Shown here one piece after another: positions 24,971 to 34,781 of a stretch of DNA of 41,551 nucleotides. Every line of letters begins with the position of its first letter. The stretch's first letter is position 1. Source of the DNA: Minisyncoccia bacterium (GTDB lineage Bacteria; Patescibacteriota; Minisyncoccia; UBA6257; GWB1-50-10); the NCBI GenBank assembly GCA_049997835.1, contig JBEKSI010000001.1:1-41551 (forward strand). Direction: 5' to 3'. The translations under genes were made by a program, and so were the position numbers. The notes below the pieces were generated by a model. It was given only the letters and a program-made list of their open reading frames with translations, was not told the origin of the DNA and searched no databases.

Positions 24971-26692
24971 GTGATTAATCTTGCCCCGATCAAACTTAAG
25001 GAAATTCTGGTTAAGGCCGGCACGGTTGATGCCGATACTTTTGATAAATTCCAGAAAGAAGCTCTTCATAAGCGCCAGAACGTCGCGGAGATGATAATTT
25101 CCCAAGGCCTGATAAATCTGGATTACCTTTATATCCTTATCGCGAAGGCGCTTGGGGTGGAAAGGGTTAATCTTGGCTCAGTCGGCATTGACACGCAGAT
25201 TTTAAACAAGCTTCCGGAAGACGTGGCCCGGCAGAGAAATTCCATCATCTTCGGAAGAGACGAAAAGGGTTATTACGAGGTGGCAATGGAAGACCCGACA
25301 GACCTGGAAACGGTTAATTTCTTAAGTTTGCGTCTGGGTGGTCCGGTAAAACCCTTTCTTGCCTCGGATGCGGATTTGAACCGCGGCTTCCTGCTTTATC
25401 AGCGCCAACTCACGCAGGATTTCAAGAAAATAATTGAGGATAGCATCCAGGAATCCCTGCGGGTAAAGAACAAAGGAGAAACGGATTTGAAACAAGCCGC
25501 GGAAGACCTGCCTATAGTGGCGATAGTGGACAATCTCCTTTCTTACGCGGTTTCTTCCCGGGCTTCCGACGCTCACTTTGAAGTTTTGGACGACGCGATT
25601 CTCGTCCGTTTCCGGATAGACGGCATTCTTCACGAAATTATCCGGGTGCCGAAGGAAATCCACCCGGCTATCGTCGCTCGCGTGAAAATCCTCTCCAACC
25701 TAAGAGTGGATGAACACACTCATCCGCAGGACGGGCGTTTCCGGTATGACGCCGGCGGCAATCCGATTGACGTCCGCGTTTCAGTTATCCCGACATTTTA
25801 CGGAGAAAAAGTTGAGATGCGTCTCTTATCTTCCGCTCAGAAGCCGTTGTCGTTTACGGAACTTGGGATGCTTGATGACACGGTGAAATTAATAACGGAG
25901 GCCTTCAAAAAAAGCTACGGAATGATTTTGATTTGCGGGCCGACTGGCGCCGGTAAATCCACCACCCTTTATTCCATTATGGATGTTTTAAATCAACCGG
26001 AGGTGAATATTGTGACGATTGAAGACCCGATTGAATACGATATGCGTTATCTGAACCAAATGCAGGTGAATCAGGCGGCTGGAATAACCTTCGCTTCGGG
26101 GCTCCGTTCCATTCTTCGTCAAGATCCGAATGTTATAATGGTCGGCGAAATCCGCGATTCGGAAACCGCCGATATATCCATCCAATCGGCGCTTACGGGC
26201 CATCTGGTTCTTTCAAGCTTGCACACGAACGATGCCGCGACGGCCGTGCCGCGCCTTATGGATATGGGCGTGCCGCAATTTCTCGTGGCGGCGGTCTTAA
26301 ACGCCGTGAGTTCCCAACGGCTTGCCCGCCGGATCCACCTGGATTGCATAGAGTCCTACACTCCGCCGCAGGAAATCTTGGATGGCATCAGCCGGGAGCT
26401 GGATTTGCTGAATCTAGTTAAGACCTCCGTGCGTCTTCCGAAGACGTTTTATCGGGGCAGGGGTTGCGATGCTTGCGGGCACACGGGCTATCACGGCCGC
26501 CTCGGTATTTTTGAGGTTTTGAATATCACCGAAAATATCCGGAAGCTCATTATCAGCCCCCAATTCAGCTTGGATAATTTAAGGATAACCGCCAAATCCG
26601 AGGGAATGACGACGATGCTGGAGGACGGGTTGAAAAAAGTGGAGATGGGAATGACGACAATTGAAGAGTTGTTTAGAGTCATCCGCGAATAA
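24971..26692 (+). CDS. pilB: Type IV pilus assembly ATPase (GspE/PilB family)
   Basis: Walker A GPTGAGKST, LRQDPNVIMVGEIRD, and a Cys cluster (CIES...CDACGHTGYHGR). GTG start 6 nt after TATAAT at 24959-24964. Confidence 0.9.
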   Translation: MINLAPIKLKEILVKAGTVDADTFDKFQKEALHKRQNVAEMIISQGLINLDYLYILIAKALGVERVNLGSVGIDTQILNKLPEDVARQRNSIIFGRDEKGYYEVAMEDPTDLETVNFLSLRLGGPVKPFLASDADLNRGFLLYQRQLTQDFKKIIEDSIQESLRVKNKGETDLKQAAEDLPIVAIVDNLLSYAVSSRASDAHFEVLDDAILVRFRIDGILHEIIRVPKEIHPAIVARVKILSNLRVDEHTHPQDGRFRYDAGGNPIDVRVSVIPTFYGEKVEMRLLSSAQKPLSFTELGMLDDTVKLITEAFKKSYGMILICGPTGAGKSTTLYSIMDVLNQPEVNIVTIEDPIEYDMRYLNQMQVNQAAGITFASGLRSILRQDPNVIMVGEIRDSETADISIQSALTGHLVLSSLHTNDAATAVPRLMDMGVPQFLVAAVLNAVSSQRLARRIHLDCIESYTPPQEILDGISRELDLLNLVKTSVRLPKTFYRGRGCDACGHTGYHGRLGIFEVLNITENIRKLIISPQFSLDNLRITAKSEGMTTMLEDGLKKVEMGMTTIEELFRVIRE

Positions 26693-26709
26693 GCTAAAAT
26701 TAAAATAAT

Positions 26710-27918
26710 ATGCAATTTCATTACATCGCTTCGCAGCCCGACGGTCGGGTGGTGGACAGCCAAATTGAAAGCAAGGACGTTTCGGAAGTCCTTCAATTTT
26801 TAACCTCGCGGGGTTTAAAGCCCATCAGCGTGAAGCCGATAGAGAGCGGATTTGGCGGGAAGGGCGGTTTGTTCGGGGGTAAGATAACAATCGCGGACCA
26901 GGTTTTTATTTCAAAATATCTGGCTCTGATGCTCAAGATCGGCACGGGGCTTTTGCAGGCGATAAATATTCTCATTGAGGATTTTGACAAGCCGGCCGTT
27001 AAAAAATTCCTTCTGGAGGTGAAAGCGAATCTTGAAGCGGGCATGCCGTTTTTCACCACCTTTTTCCGTTACCCGAAGGTATTCAGCCAAGTTTACGTGA
27101 ATCTCATAAAAGCCGGAGAGTCATCCGGCAATCTGGACAGCGTTTTTGAAAATCTCACCGTCTCGCTTTCCAAAGAAAAAGCGATGCGTGACCAGATAAA
27201 AAGCGCCTTAGTTTATCCGATCCTTCTTCTTTCAACCTCCATTATTATTTTGGCGTTTCTTGTGATGTTCGCTTTGCCGAAGATCGCCAAAGTTTTTATT
27301 GATTCAGGTTTCCAGCCGCCACTCTTTTCAAGGGTCGTTTTTTCAATCGGACTTTTCTTCGGCCAGTACGGTTTTCTGTTTCTTTTTGTCATTATCGGCG
27401 GGCTCACGGCGTTTATAATCACCTACAAGAGTTCTTTTGTTTTTAAAAAAGCGGTGGTGAGCGTGGTAAGCAGCATCCCTGTCATAAATGACGTTGTGAA
27501 GAAAATCGCGCTCCAACGTTTTGCCGCCACCCTTTCCTCGCTCATTAAAGCCGGTTTGCCCCTTACGGAGGCGCTGGAAATTACGGCCCAGGCGGTGGGG
27601 AACGTGGAGCTTCGGGACGCTCTTATGAGAATTTCAAGGGAGGGTCTGGCAAAAGGACTTACGGTCGGAGAGGCCTTCCGGCGCGAAGAATTTTTTCCGA
27701 AGACAGTAGTCAATCTTGTGGCAATTTCCGAAAGAGCCGGACATATTGAGAATGTCTTGGAGACACTGGCCGACTTTTACGCAAGCGAAATAGACAGCTC
27801 GCTCAAAATCCTCGTTTCTTTTTTGGAGCCGGTGATGCTGCTCGTTATCGGATTCATTATCGGCGTGATCGCATTGTCAATAATTATCCCTATCTACCAG
27901 CTCACAACTCAATTTTGA
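26710..27918 (+). CDS. pilC: Type IV pilus platform protein (GspF/PilC family)
   Basis: Two GspF-type repeats, three TM segments, and C-terminal PIYQL. Confidence 0.9.
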   Translation: MQFHYIASQPDGRVVDSQIESKDVSEVLQFLTSRGLKPISVKPIESGFGGKGGLFGGKITIADQVFISKYLALMLKIGTGLLQAINILIEDFDKPAVKKFLLEVKANLEAGMPFFTTFFRYPKVFSQVYVNLIKAGESSGNLDSVFENLTVSLSKEKAMRDQIKSALVYPILLLSTSIIILAFLVMFALPKIAKVFIDSGFQPPLFSRVVFSIGLFFGQYGFLFLFVIIGGLTAFIITYKSSFVFKKAVVSVVSSIPVINDVVKKIALQRFAATLSSLIKAGLPLTEALEITAQAVGNVELRDALMRISREGLAKGLTVGEAFRREEFFPKTVVNLVAISERAGHIENVLETLADFYASEIDSSLKILVSFLEPVMLLVIGFIIGVIALSIIIPIYQLTTQF

Positions 27919-29396
27919 TGAAGAAAGACGGATTTACCTTAATAGAGCTTCTAGTCGTGGTCGCTATATCGGTTGTGATGATAGTTACGGGATTTTCCTA
28001 TTTTGGCACCTATCGTTCGGAGCAGGACTTGAAACTGACCGCGAATGAAATTGTGGCCGCGGTCAAAAACACTCAACAATTATCCAGAAGTCAGCAGGGC
28101 GGTTCCAGATGGGGGATTCGTTTTTCCAACGCAACTTCGTCTCAGTCGTATTCCGTTTTCAGCGGAATGAGTTATGCCACCGGCACCGTTGCCAATTTCT
28201 ACTCCATACGGCGGCCGGGGATTTGTTTTATTGACCCTTCCGCCAGCACAACTAAAGAAGTGGTTTTTCAACCGATAAGCGCCTACGTAAGCAATTATTT
28301 TTCCGTGACTCTCGGGCTTTGCAATGATGCTTCCAGACAGAAAGTAATTGAAATCACCACCTTGGGAATGGTGAGCGCTTTGGATGGAGAAGGTTTTGCG
28401 GTCCAAAGCATCAGTCCTTCATCGGGAGCGAATAATGGGTCGGTCTCGATTTCAACCGTACTCGGCGCGAATTTTAAAAGCGGCGCGACGGTAAAACTTT
28501 CTAAAGCCGGCCAGTCGGACATAAACGGAACCGGTTTCACGGTGGCGAACTATTCAACGATCAACGGCGGCTCCTTTAATATTGTGGATGCCGCGACTGG
28601 TCCCTGGGACGTGGTGGTGACTAATCCCGATAGTAGCAGCTCCACTCTTCCCGGTGGTTTCACCGTGGTTCTTCCGGCGCCGGTAGTAACCACAGCCAAT
28701 CCCTCAAGCGGCGCCCGTAACACAACCGTTTCCGGTATTTCAATCGGCGGCGCCTATTTTCAGAACGGCGGCAGCGTAAAGCTCAAAAGAGGCGGCTATT
28801 CGGATGTGAATGGTACTGGTTTCACTTTTTCAAGCCCTACGAGTTTTATTAATGGCTCTTTCAATTTAAACGGCGTCGCGGCCGGTCTTTGGGATGTGGC
28901 TGTGACTAACCCCGACGCGCAAATCGGCATGCTTGTGAATGGTTTTCAGGTTACGGTCGCCACTGGCACCATTGATGGCACATACCGCTACGCTTGGAAC
29001 GATAATTACGGCTGGTGGGATTTTGCCACCTCAACTTCCAACGTGAGCGTTACGGACACGGAACTCACCGGCTATGCTTGGAATGCTTCCGCCGGCCTTT
29101 TGAGCTTAAATTGCTCAAACACCGCTACCTGCGGCACCGTGAATTACAAGGTTGCGAACAATGGTTCAGGAACTCTTTCGGGCTATGCTTGGAACGATAC
29201 TATTGGTTGGGTGAGTTTCAGTTGCGCGGATGCTGGCACCTGCGGCGTTGTGAACTACGGCGTCACCATTGATTCAAGCGGCGACTTCCACGGCTGGGCG
29301 TGGAGCGACAACATAGGTTGGGTTTCCTTTAACTGCTTGAACACCGCTACCTGCGGCGCCGTGAACTACAAGGTCAATACCACCTGGAGGCCGTAA
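27915..29396 (+). CDS. Large pilin-like protein: prepilin N-terminus plus two Ig-like repeats plus four Trp-rich C-terminal repeats
   Basis: GFTLIELLVVVAISVVMI at the N-terminus. A module of about 95 aa is duplicated (SISPSSGANNGSVSIS... / ANPSSGARNTTVSGIS...). A repeated G(Y/W)AW(N/S)xxxGW(V/W)(S/D)F..C...TCG.VNY motif follows. ATGA overlap with pilC. Confidence 0.8.
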   Translation: MMKKDGFTLIELLVVVAISVVMIVTGFSYFGTYRSEQDLKLTANEIVAAVKNTQQLSRSQQGGSRWGIRFSNATSSQSYSVFSGMSYATGTVANFYSIRRPGICFIDPSASTTKEVVFQPISAYVSNYFSVTLGLCNDASRQKVIEITTLGMVSALDGEGFAVQSISPSSGANNGSVSISTVLGANFKSGATVKLSKAGQSDINGTGFTVANYSTINGGSFNIVDAATGPWDVVVTNPDSSSSTLPGGFTVVLPAPVVTTANPSSGARNTTVSGISIGGAYFQNGGSVKLKRGGYSDVNGTGFTFSSPTSFINGSFNLNGVAAGLWDVAVTNPDAQIGMLVNGFQVTVATGTIDGTYRYAWNDNYGWWDFATSTSNVSVTDTELTGYAWNASAGLLSLNCSNTATCGTVNYKVANNGSGTLSGYAWNDTIGWVSFSCADAGTCGVVNYGVTIDSSGDFHGWAWSDNIGWVSFNCLNTATCGAVNYKVNTTWRP

Positions 29397-29420
29397 TTAC
29401 GTGCTATAATGTAAAAAATA

Positions 29421-32400
29421 ATGAAAGTTTCTAAGACCACCACGAGCGTTGCCTTGATTTCAATTCTCTTTGGGACGCTTTTTTTGGGTACATGGTGGGT
29501 AGCGCTTGGCGCACCGGGCCAGTCGCCGCCGAACGGCAACCCGGTGCCCCCTACGGGTTATTTCACTCTTTCCGGATCCAATCTTTATGCCTCTTCCACT
29601 TCCTATAACCTCAGCATCGGGACGACGACTCCAGCAAGTAAATTACACATTAATTCGTCTGATGGTGATACGAGAATTACTTTAAGTGGGCCGGGAAGTT
29701 TAAATGGCGGATTGCAGTTATTTATGATTGATAGTGGTCAACGGGCAGGTTTATATCATAAAGAAAATGGTCCACTTGAATTCTATACGAATGCAACGGA
29801 AAGGATGAGAATATCAAGTGCCGGCAACGTCGGTATCGCCACTACGACACCTGCCGAGAAACTCACGGTAGTCGGCAATATCAAAATCGCAAGTTCCACT
29901 GCCGGACTGATTTTTGGAGATGGCACGACCCAGACCACAGCCGGCGCCTCGGTCATCGGCGCCGCAAACGTCTCCTCCGACGTTTTTGGTCGCCTTCAAG
30001 GCAGCGGCAACTTTGCCTTTCCCGCCGGCTTGGGTATCGGCACCTCAACCACCGCCGGCATGCCCACGAACGGACTCTATGTGAATGGAAGTGTGGGGAT
30101 TGGGACGGCGGCGCCGTTAAGGAATTTATCTATATATGCGGCATCAAGCCCAACTTTTCAAATCATCAATTCTGCCACCGGTATCACTGCTAGCGATGGT
30201 TTGATGATGCAACAAAGTGGGCTAGTCTCCTATATCGGAAACCAGGAAACGGGAGATTTGCAATTATTTGTTGATAACGGTACAGGCACTAGGATTATTC
30301 AATTGCAAACTGGAACCGGTAACGTCGGCATTGGAACAGCAACTCCTCGTGCGGCGTTGGAGGTGTGGGGAAGTAATTGGGAATCTGCACCATACTATGG
30401 AACCATTCTTATTAATGATAAGGCTGCCATGGCTGCTGGTGTGGGGGGTAGCGTTATGCTTCAAGGTAAATCTAATACTGGAAATGACGCAGTAGATGAA
30501 GCTGGTTTGATAAAAGCTTATAAAGATAATGCCACAACCGGTGATTACGGATATCGTTTGGGGTTATCATCACGCCCAAATGGTGGACCTTTAACTGAGA
30601 GATTAAGTATTTCAAGCGGCGGCAACATCGGCATCGGGACGACGGCGCCAAATAATAAACTGGAAATTAAAGGTTCAGGAGCTACAAGTATAAGAGTAAC
30701 AAATGAAGGTGTTTATCCATGGGATTTTGGAGTATCTACTGATGCTAAATTTCATTTGTTAGACGGTAATACTGGAGTAGTACAAGGTGCTTTTGTATTT
30801 GCTCCTTACAGTGAATTAACACTTGGTGTGACAGCTCAAACTGGAACTGGAAGTTTATATTCAGGCAATGGATACTTTTCCGGCAACGTCGGCATCGGGA
30901 CGACCGCGCCTTCCTCAACATTACATGTTATTGGTACTTCCACTATTGCGGGTAACGTGAAAATCACGGGCGCTAATAATGGCATTATCTTTCCGGATGC
31001 CACCATCCAAACCACCGCCGCCTCCGGTACCGGCTCAGGAGTAATCAGCGCTGCGAATGTCTCTTCGGATGTCTTCGGCCGTCTTCAGGGCAATGGCAAC
31101 TTTGCTTTTCCCGCCGGCTTGGGTATCGGCACCTCAACCACCGCCGGCATGCCCACGAACGGACTCTATGTGAATGGAAGTGTGGGGATTGGGACGGCGA
31201 GCCCTGGGGGTTTATTGAATGTAGTAAAGGATGGTGGGGCAAATGGTGTATTTTTTGATTCATACGGCAGTTCTATACAATTTAGAATGAGAAAATGGGA
31301 TGGCACAGTTGCCAGTCCTACAGCAGTCCAATCTGGCGATGAAATTGGGTATTCGCCTTGGATTCAGGGCTATGATGGAAGTACTTTAAAAACGATTGGC
31401 TATATTTTATATTCTGCCGCGGAAACTTTCAGTGGTACCCAGCTTGGCACAAGAGTGCGCTTTACCGCTGTGCCTGGCGGTCAGAATAAAACAGTGGTGG
31501 AAAATTTTATGGAATATACGACCACGGGGAATTTAGCCTTACAGCAGACTTCCGGCAACGTCGGCATCGGGACGACGGCACCAGCGGCGCAACTAACAGT
31601 TAATGGTTTAGGACAATCTGCTGCTACTTTTGATACAGCAGGTGCCTTGGGTGGATCTCTTTTATTATCTGATTCTGGAACTGGTGTTGGAAATGGCGGA
31701 GCATTAGTGTTTGGTGCTGCCAGTCAAGCTTGGAAGTTCGGTGCTATAAAGGGCTTAATTCAAGACGGAACTAATAATACATTGGGAGATATCGGTATCT
31801 TTACCAGAAAAATTAATACTGATGCCACCCTTTCACAAGTAGTCACTATAAAAAGTTCCGGCAACGTCGGCATCGGGACGTCAACCCCGGCTTATAATTT
31901 GGATGTTTTTTCATCGGGTAACGGAGCAATAAGGATTAATGCTGCGAACGCTTCAAGGTTTTTTATGAACAGCGCTTCCAATAGTTTCAGCCTCCAGAAT
32001 AATTACAACGTAGCAGGCGCGTTTGGTGTTCATAACGACACAACTAACGCCGACCCACTGATAATTTTGAATAATGGCAACGTCGGCATCGGGACGCCAA
32101 GTCCGGGATATAAACTTGATGTTTCTGGTGCTGGCGGGGCAGCTGGTCAGGTAAGAATAATAAACTCAAACAATGGTTTCCTCACTTTTGCTACTGATGC
32201 CAGCGATAATTCTCTTGTGGTGTTTGGAGCAAATGGCGTCAATAAAAATCTTGACTTTCAAAGAACAAGTACTCTTGGAGCAAACAGCGGGACATCGGTT
32301 TTGTTCTTAAAATCAGATGGCAACGTCGGCATCGGGACGAGCACTCCCGCATACAAACTGGATGTAAACGGGGATATGAACCTTGCCGCGGGGAGCGTTT

Positions 32401-34073
32401 ACAGAATAGGCGGCGTCACGCAATCTGGCTCCAGCAAATGGACCGCGGGAACGGGAGATAATATTTATAGAAGTTCCGGTTACATTAGCATCGGGACGAG
32501 CACCACCCCTGCCTACGACGTTGAAGTATATAATTCCTCGACGGCGGTTATTATGAAATTGACTAGTGCTACGGCGGGTTCATGGATTATATTAAAACCG
32601 GGCAATAGCGCGGGCCAAAAAACATGGCAGGCGGGTGCAAATTTGTATGGTTACAGCATCTACGACGCCGCGAGTTCCACCTATCGGTTTACGGTAAGTG
32701 AAGCGGGCAACGTCGGCATAGGCATGGGGACGACGGCGCCCTCGGCCTTATTGGATGTGGGCGGAGCAGGCAGAATTCGGGCGCTTTCAGGGACGGCGAC
32801 CGGGCCTTCCACCGGAAAGGGGGTTGAGATTGGGTATGCGAGTAGTACAGAACTCGGTTTTGTTGTTGCTTATGACAGAGATAACGGCGGTGTATGGAAG
32901 GATTTATCCATACAAGGCGATAATATTCGTTTCTATAATGGCGGGGCCGAAAAGGTTAGAATTGCTTCTTCCGGCTTTGTCGGCATCGGGACCAACAATC
33001 CCCAGGCAAAATTCATGGTATACGCGCCTGCCGGTTCGTCTACTATTTGGACGAGGTTCATGGGCGGTAATGACGGTGCAGACATATTCAATACTGGGGA
33101 TAATTCTCCATTCTCGATACAGTCCATGGGAGATTTCGGTGCATCGCAGTGGGTAAGTTCCATAACGTTGAATCCTTATGGCGGCAACGTCGGCATCGGG
33201 ACGACGACGGCTCCGGCTGCAAAGTTGGATGTCGCTGGTCAAGTTATTGCAGCTGGTCCCGGCGGCGTGTCGAGCTTCGTAGCGTGTTATGGTGGCGGCA
33301 ATACGTACAATATCGGCAATACTGGATGTGGTTATGCTATAAAGGATTCTGCGGGAACAGCTATTCCGTTTATAGCAAAGGCGGCTGGTGATGCATTAAA
33401 TTTTGGCACGAACGACAATACGCGCTTAAGATTTATAGCCAATGGTAATCTAGCTGGCGTGCTCAGTGCTGCTGGAAATTGGAATCTGGGACCAACTGAG
33501 CAGGATGCAACAGTCAAATTGAATGTTGAAGGCACAATCAGAATCGCGAGTTCCACCGCCGGACTGATTTTTGGAGACGGTACGACCCAAACCACCGCGG
33601 CGAGTGGCAGCGGACTTATTCGTGCGGGAGGAAATACGACCGAAGCAACAACGGTAAGCCTCACTTCAGTAGATTTGTTAACAGCGTCTGGCTTAAGCAT
33701 ACCCGCTAATGCGCATATATTAGTTCTTGCAGATGTCCGTAAAACTGCGGGAGCTGCCGCTAATGTTCAATTCGGGTTAAAACTAAATTCAACACAGGTA
33801 ATTCTTAATCAAGGTTATTTGGAGTCGGACACTAGCCGCGCTGATACGGGTCTCCTTAAGGCATATGTGGGGGCGCGGGTTACCAATTATTTGGGGAATG
33901 CATGGATGGAAATTGATTCAGCTCAGGATGGTGTGATAGCCAGGCGCACAACCGAAGGAACCGATTCTCCAACCGGTACCATAACATCTGTGACAATTAC
34001 GGCACTTACGAACAATTCTGCAGTCACTGCCGCTGCCGATGAATTACAAGTTTATTATTATGCTACACAGTAA
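29421..34073 (+). CDS. Giant (1550 aa) signal-anchored fibre-like protein with about 14 copies of a GNVGIGT(T/S)xP..KL.V motif
   Basis: Uninterrupted 4.65-kb ORF with an N-terminal hydrophobic anchor and G/T/S/N-rich composition. The motif resembles those I know from phage tail-fibre-like and surface fibre proteins. TGcTATAAT at 29402-29410 lies upstream. Confidence 0.8.
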   Translation: MKVSKTTTSVALISILFGTLFLGTWWVALGAPGQSPPNGNPVPPTGYFTLSGSNLYASSTSYNLSIGTTTPASKLHINSSDGDTRITLSGPGSLNGGLQLFMIDSGQRAGLYHKENGPLEFYTNATERMRISSAGNVGIATTTPAEKLTVVGNIKIASSTAGLIFGDGTTQTTAGASVIGAANVSSDVFGRLQGSGNFAFPAGLGIGTSTTAGMPTNGLYVNGSVGIGTAAPLRNLSIYAASSPTFQIINSATGITASDGLMMQQSGLVSYIGNQETGDLQLFVDNGTGTRIIQLQTGTGNVGIGTATPRAALEVWGSNWESAPYYGTILINDKAAMAAGVGGSVMLQGKSNTGNDAVDEAGLIKAYKDNATTGDYGYRLGLSSRPNGGPLTERLSISSGGNIGIGTTAPNNKLEIKGSGATSIRVTNEGVYPWDFGVSTDAKFHLLDGNTGVVQGAFVFAPYSELTLGVTAQTGTGSLYSGNGYFSGNVGIGTTAPSSTLHVIGTSTIAGNVKITGANNGIIFPDATIQTTAASGTGSGVISAANVSSDVFGRLQGNGNFAFPAGLGIGTSTTAGMPTNGLYVNGSVGIGTASPGGLLNVVKDGGANGVFFDSYGSSIQFRMRKWDGTVASPTAVQSGDEIGYSPWIQGYDGSTLKTIGYILYSAAETFSGTQLGTRVRFTAVPGGQNKTVVENFMEYTTTGNLALQQTSGNVGIGTTAPAAQLTVNGLGQSAATFDTAGALGGSLLLSDSGTGVGNGGALVFGAASQAWKFGAIKGLIQDGTNNTLGDIGIFTRKINTDATLSQVVTIKSSGNVGIGTSTPAYNLDVFSSGNGAIRINAANASRFFMNSASNSFSLQNNYNVAGAFGVHNDTTNADPLIILNNGNVGIGTPSPGYKLDVSGAGGAAGQVRIINSNNGFLTFATDASDNSLVVFGANGVNKNLDFQRTSTLGANSGTSVLFLKSDGNVGIGTSTPAYKLDVNGDMNLAAGSVYRIGGVTQSGSSKWTAGTGDNIYRSSGYISIGTSTTPAYDVEVYNSSTAVIMKLTSATAGSWIILKPGNSAGQKTWQAGANLYGYSIYDAASSTYRFTVSEAGNVGIGMGTTAPSALLDVGGAGRIRALSGTATGPSTGKGVEIGYASSTELGFVVAYDRDNGGVWKDLSIQGDNIRFYNGGAEKVRIASSGFVGIGTNNPQAKFMVYAPAGSSTIWTRFMGGNDGADIFNTGDNSPFSIQSMGDFGASQWVSSITLNPYGGNVGIGTTTAPAAKLDVAGQVIAAGPGGVSSFVACYGGGNTYNIGNTGCGYAIKDSAGTAIPFIAKAAGDALNFGTNDNTRLRFIANGNLAGVLSAAGNWNLGPTEQDATVKLNVEGTIRIASSTAGLIFGDGTTQTTAASGSGLIRAGGNTTEATTVSLTSVDLLTASGLSIPANAHILVLADVRKTAGAAANVQFGLKLNSTQVILNQGYLESDTSRADTGLLKAYVGARVTNYLGNAWMEIDSAQDGVIARRTTEGTDSPTGTITSVTITALTNNSAVTAAADELQVYYYATQ
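30018..30110 (+). repeat. 93-nt exact intragenic repeat, copy 1 (copy 2 at 31107-31199)
   Basis: TTTCCCGCCGGCTTGGGTATCGGCACCTCAACCACCGCCGGCATGCCCACGAACGGACTCTATGTGAATGGAAGTGTGGGGATTGGGACGGCG is present twice, both in frame. Confidence 0.9.
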
Positions 34074-34143
34074 ATCATGCGATATATTTCATGTGACAGT
34101 TTTTAGGATTTTGTGGATAAAAGCAACTTGCTATAATTAAAAC

Positions 34144-34707
34144 ATGGACACAAACAAGAGAAATATAATAATCGGCGTAGCGGTTGTGATCATTGCCGTT
34201 GCCTTTGGAGCTTCATTAAGAGGTCTGCCTACTACTACTCCTAATGGAGGACAACAGCCCGGCGCAACAACTCTTCCTGACGAGGAAAATATCCCAAAGG
34301 AACCAGTTTTCTATGGCACGCCGGAGAGCAAGGCCTTCAAAGCCGACGTACCGGTAAGTGTCACGGCGCCCACGCCGACAATCTCTACCGCTCCGGCGGC
34401 ATCAAATAATCCAAAGGGAGTTGAACAGTTGCGCACGATTGACCTCAAGGCGACTGTAAGCGGCTTCAATCCCAAGGAGATTGCCGTATATGACGGTGAT
34501 GTGGTAAGAATTATGTTCACGGCCGTTGACGGCGATTACGACATTTCCATCCCGTATACCGGCAATTACCAATTCTCACAGAAAGGACAAACTCAACCGA
34601 TTGGTCTTGGCGCTACGAAAGTCGGCACTTACGCCTTCATGTGCCGCGACCATTGCCCGGCAGGTAAAATCATAGAGGGTTCGTTCATCGTCTTGCCGCG
34701 TCCTTAG
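34144..34707 (+). CDS. Membrane-anchored cupredoxin-like domain protein (copper ligand set incomplete)
   Basis: N-terminal TM. The C-terminal beta-rich domain ends GTYAFMCRDHCPAGKIIEGSFIV. TGcTATAAT at 34129-34137 lies 6 nt before the ATG. Confidence 0.4.
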   Translation: MDTNKRNIIIGVAVVIIAVAFGASLRGLPTTTPNGGQQPGATTLPDEENIPKEPVFYGTPESKAFKADVPVSVTAPTPTISTAPAASNNPKGVEQLRTIDLKATVSGFNPKEIAVYDGDVVRIMFTAVDGDYDISIPYTGNYQFSQKGQTQPIGLGATKVGTYAFMCRDHCPAGKIIEGSFIVLPRP

Positions 34708-34708
34708 C

Positions 34709-34780
34709 GCCACCTTAGCTCAGCGGTAGAGCAACACTTTTGTAAAGTGAAGGTCCTCGGTTCAAATCCGAGAGGTGGCT
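34709..34780 (+). tRNA. tRNA-Thr (anticodon UGU), no encoded CCA
   Basis: Hand-folded cloverleaf: GCCACCT/AGGTGGC acceptor, GCTC-AGCGGTA-GAGC D-arm, anticodon loop TTTGTAA, CTCGG-TTCAAAT-CCGAG T-arm, discriminator T. Confidence 0.9.
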
Positions 34781-34781
34781 C

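Noticed and set aside
27915-34073. Diversity-generating retroelement targeting the repeat-rich surface proteins.
   Set aside because: There is no reverse transcriptase ORF in the window. The repeats I compared are exact or differ at mixed positions, not in the adenine-specific template/variable-repeat pattern.
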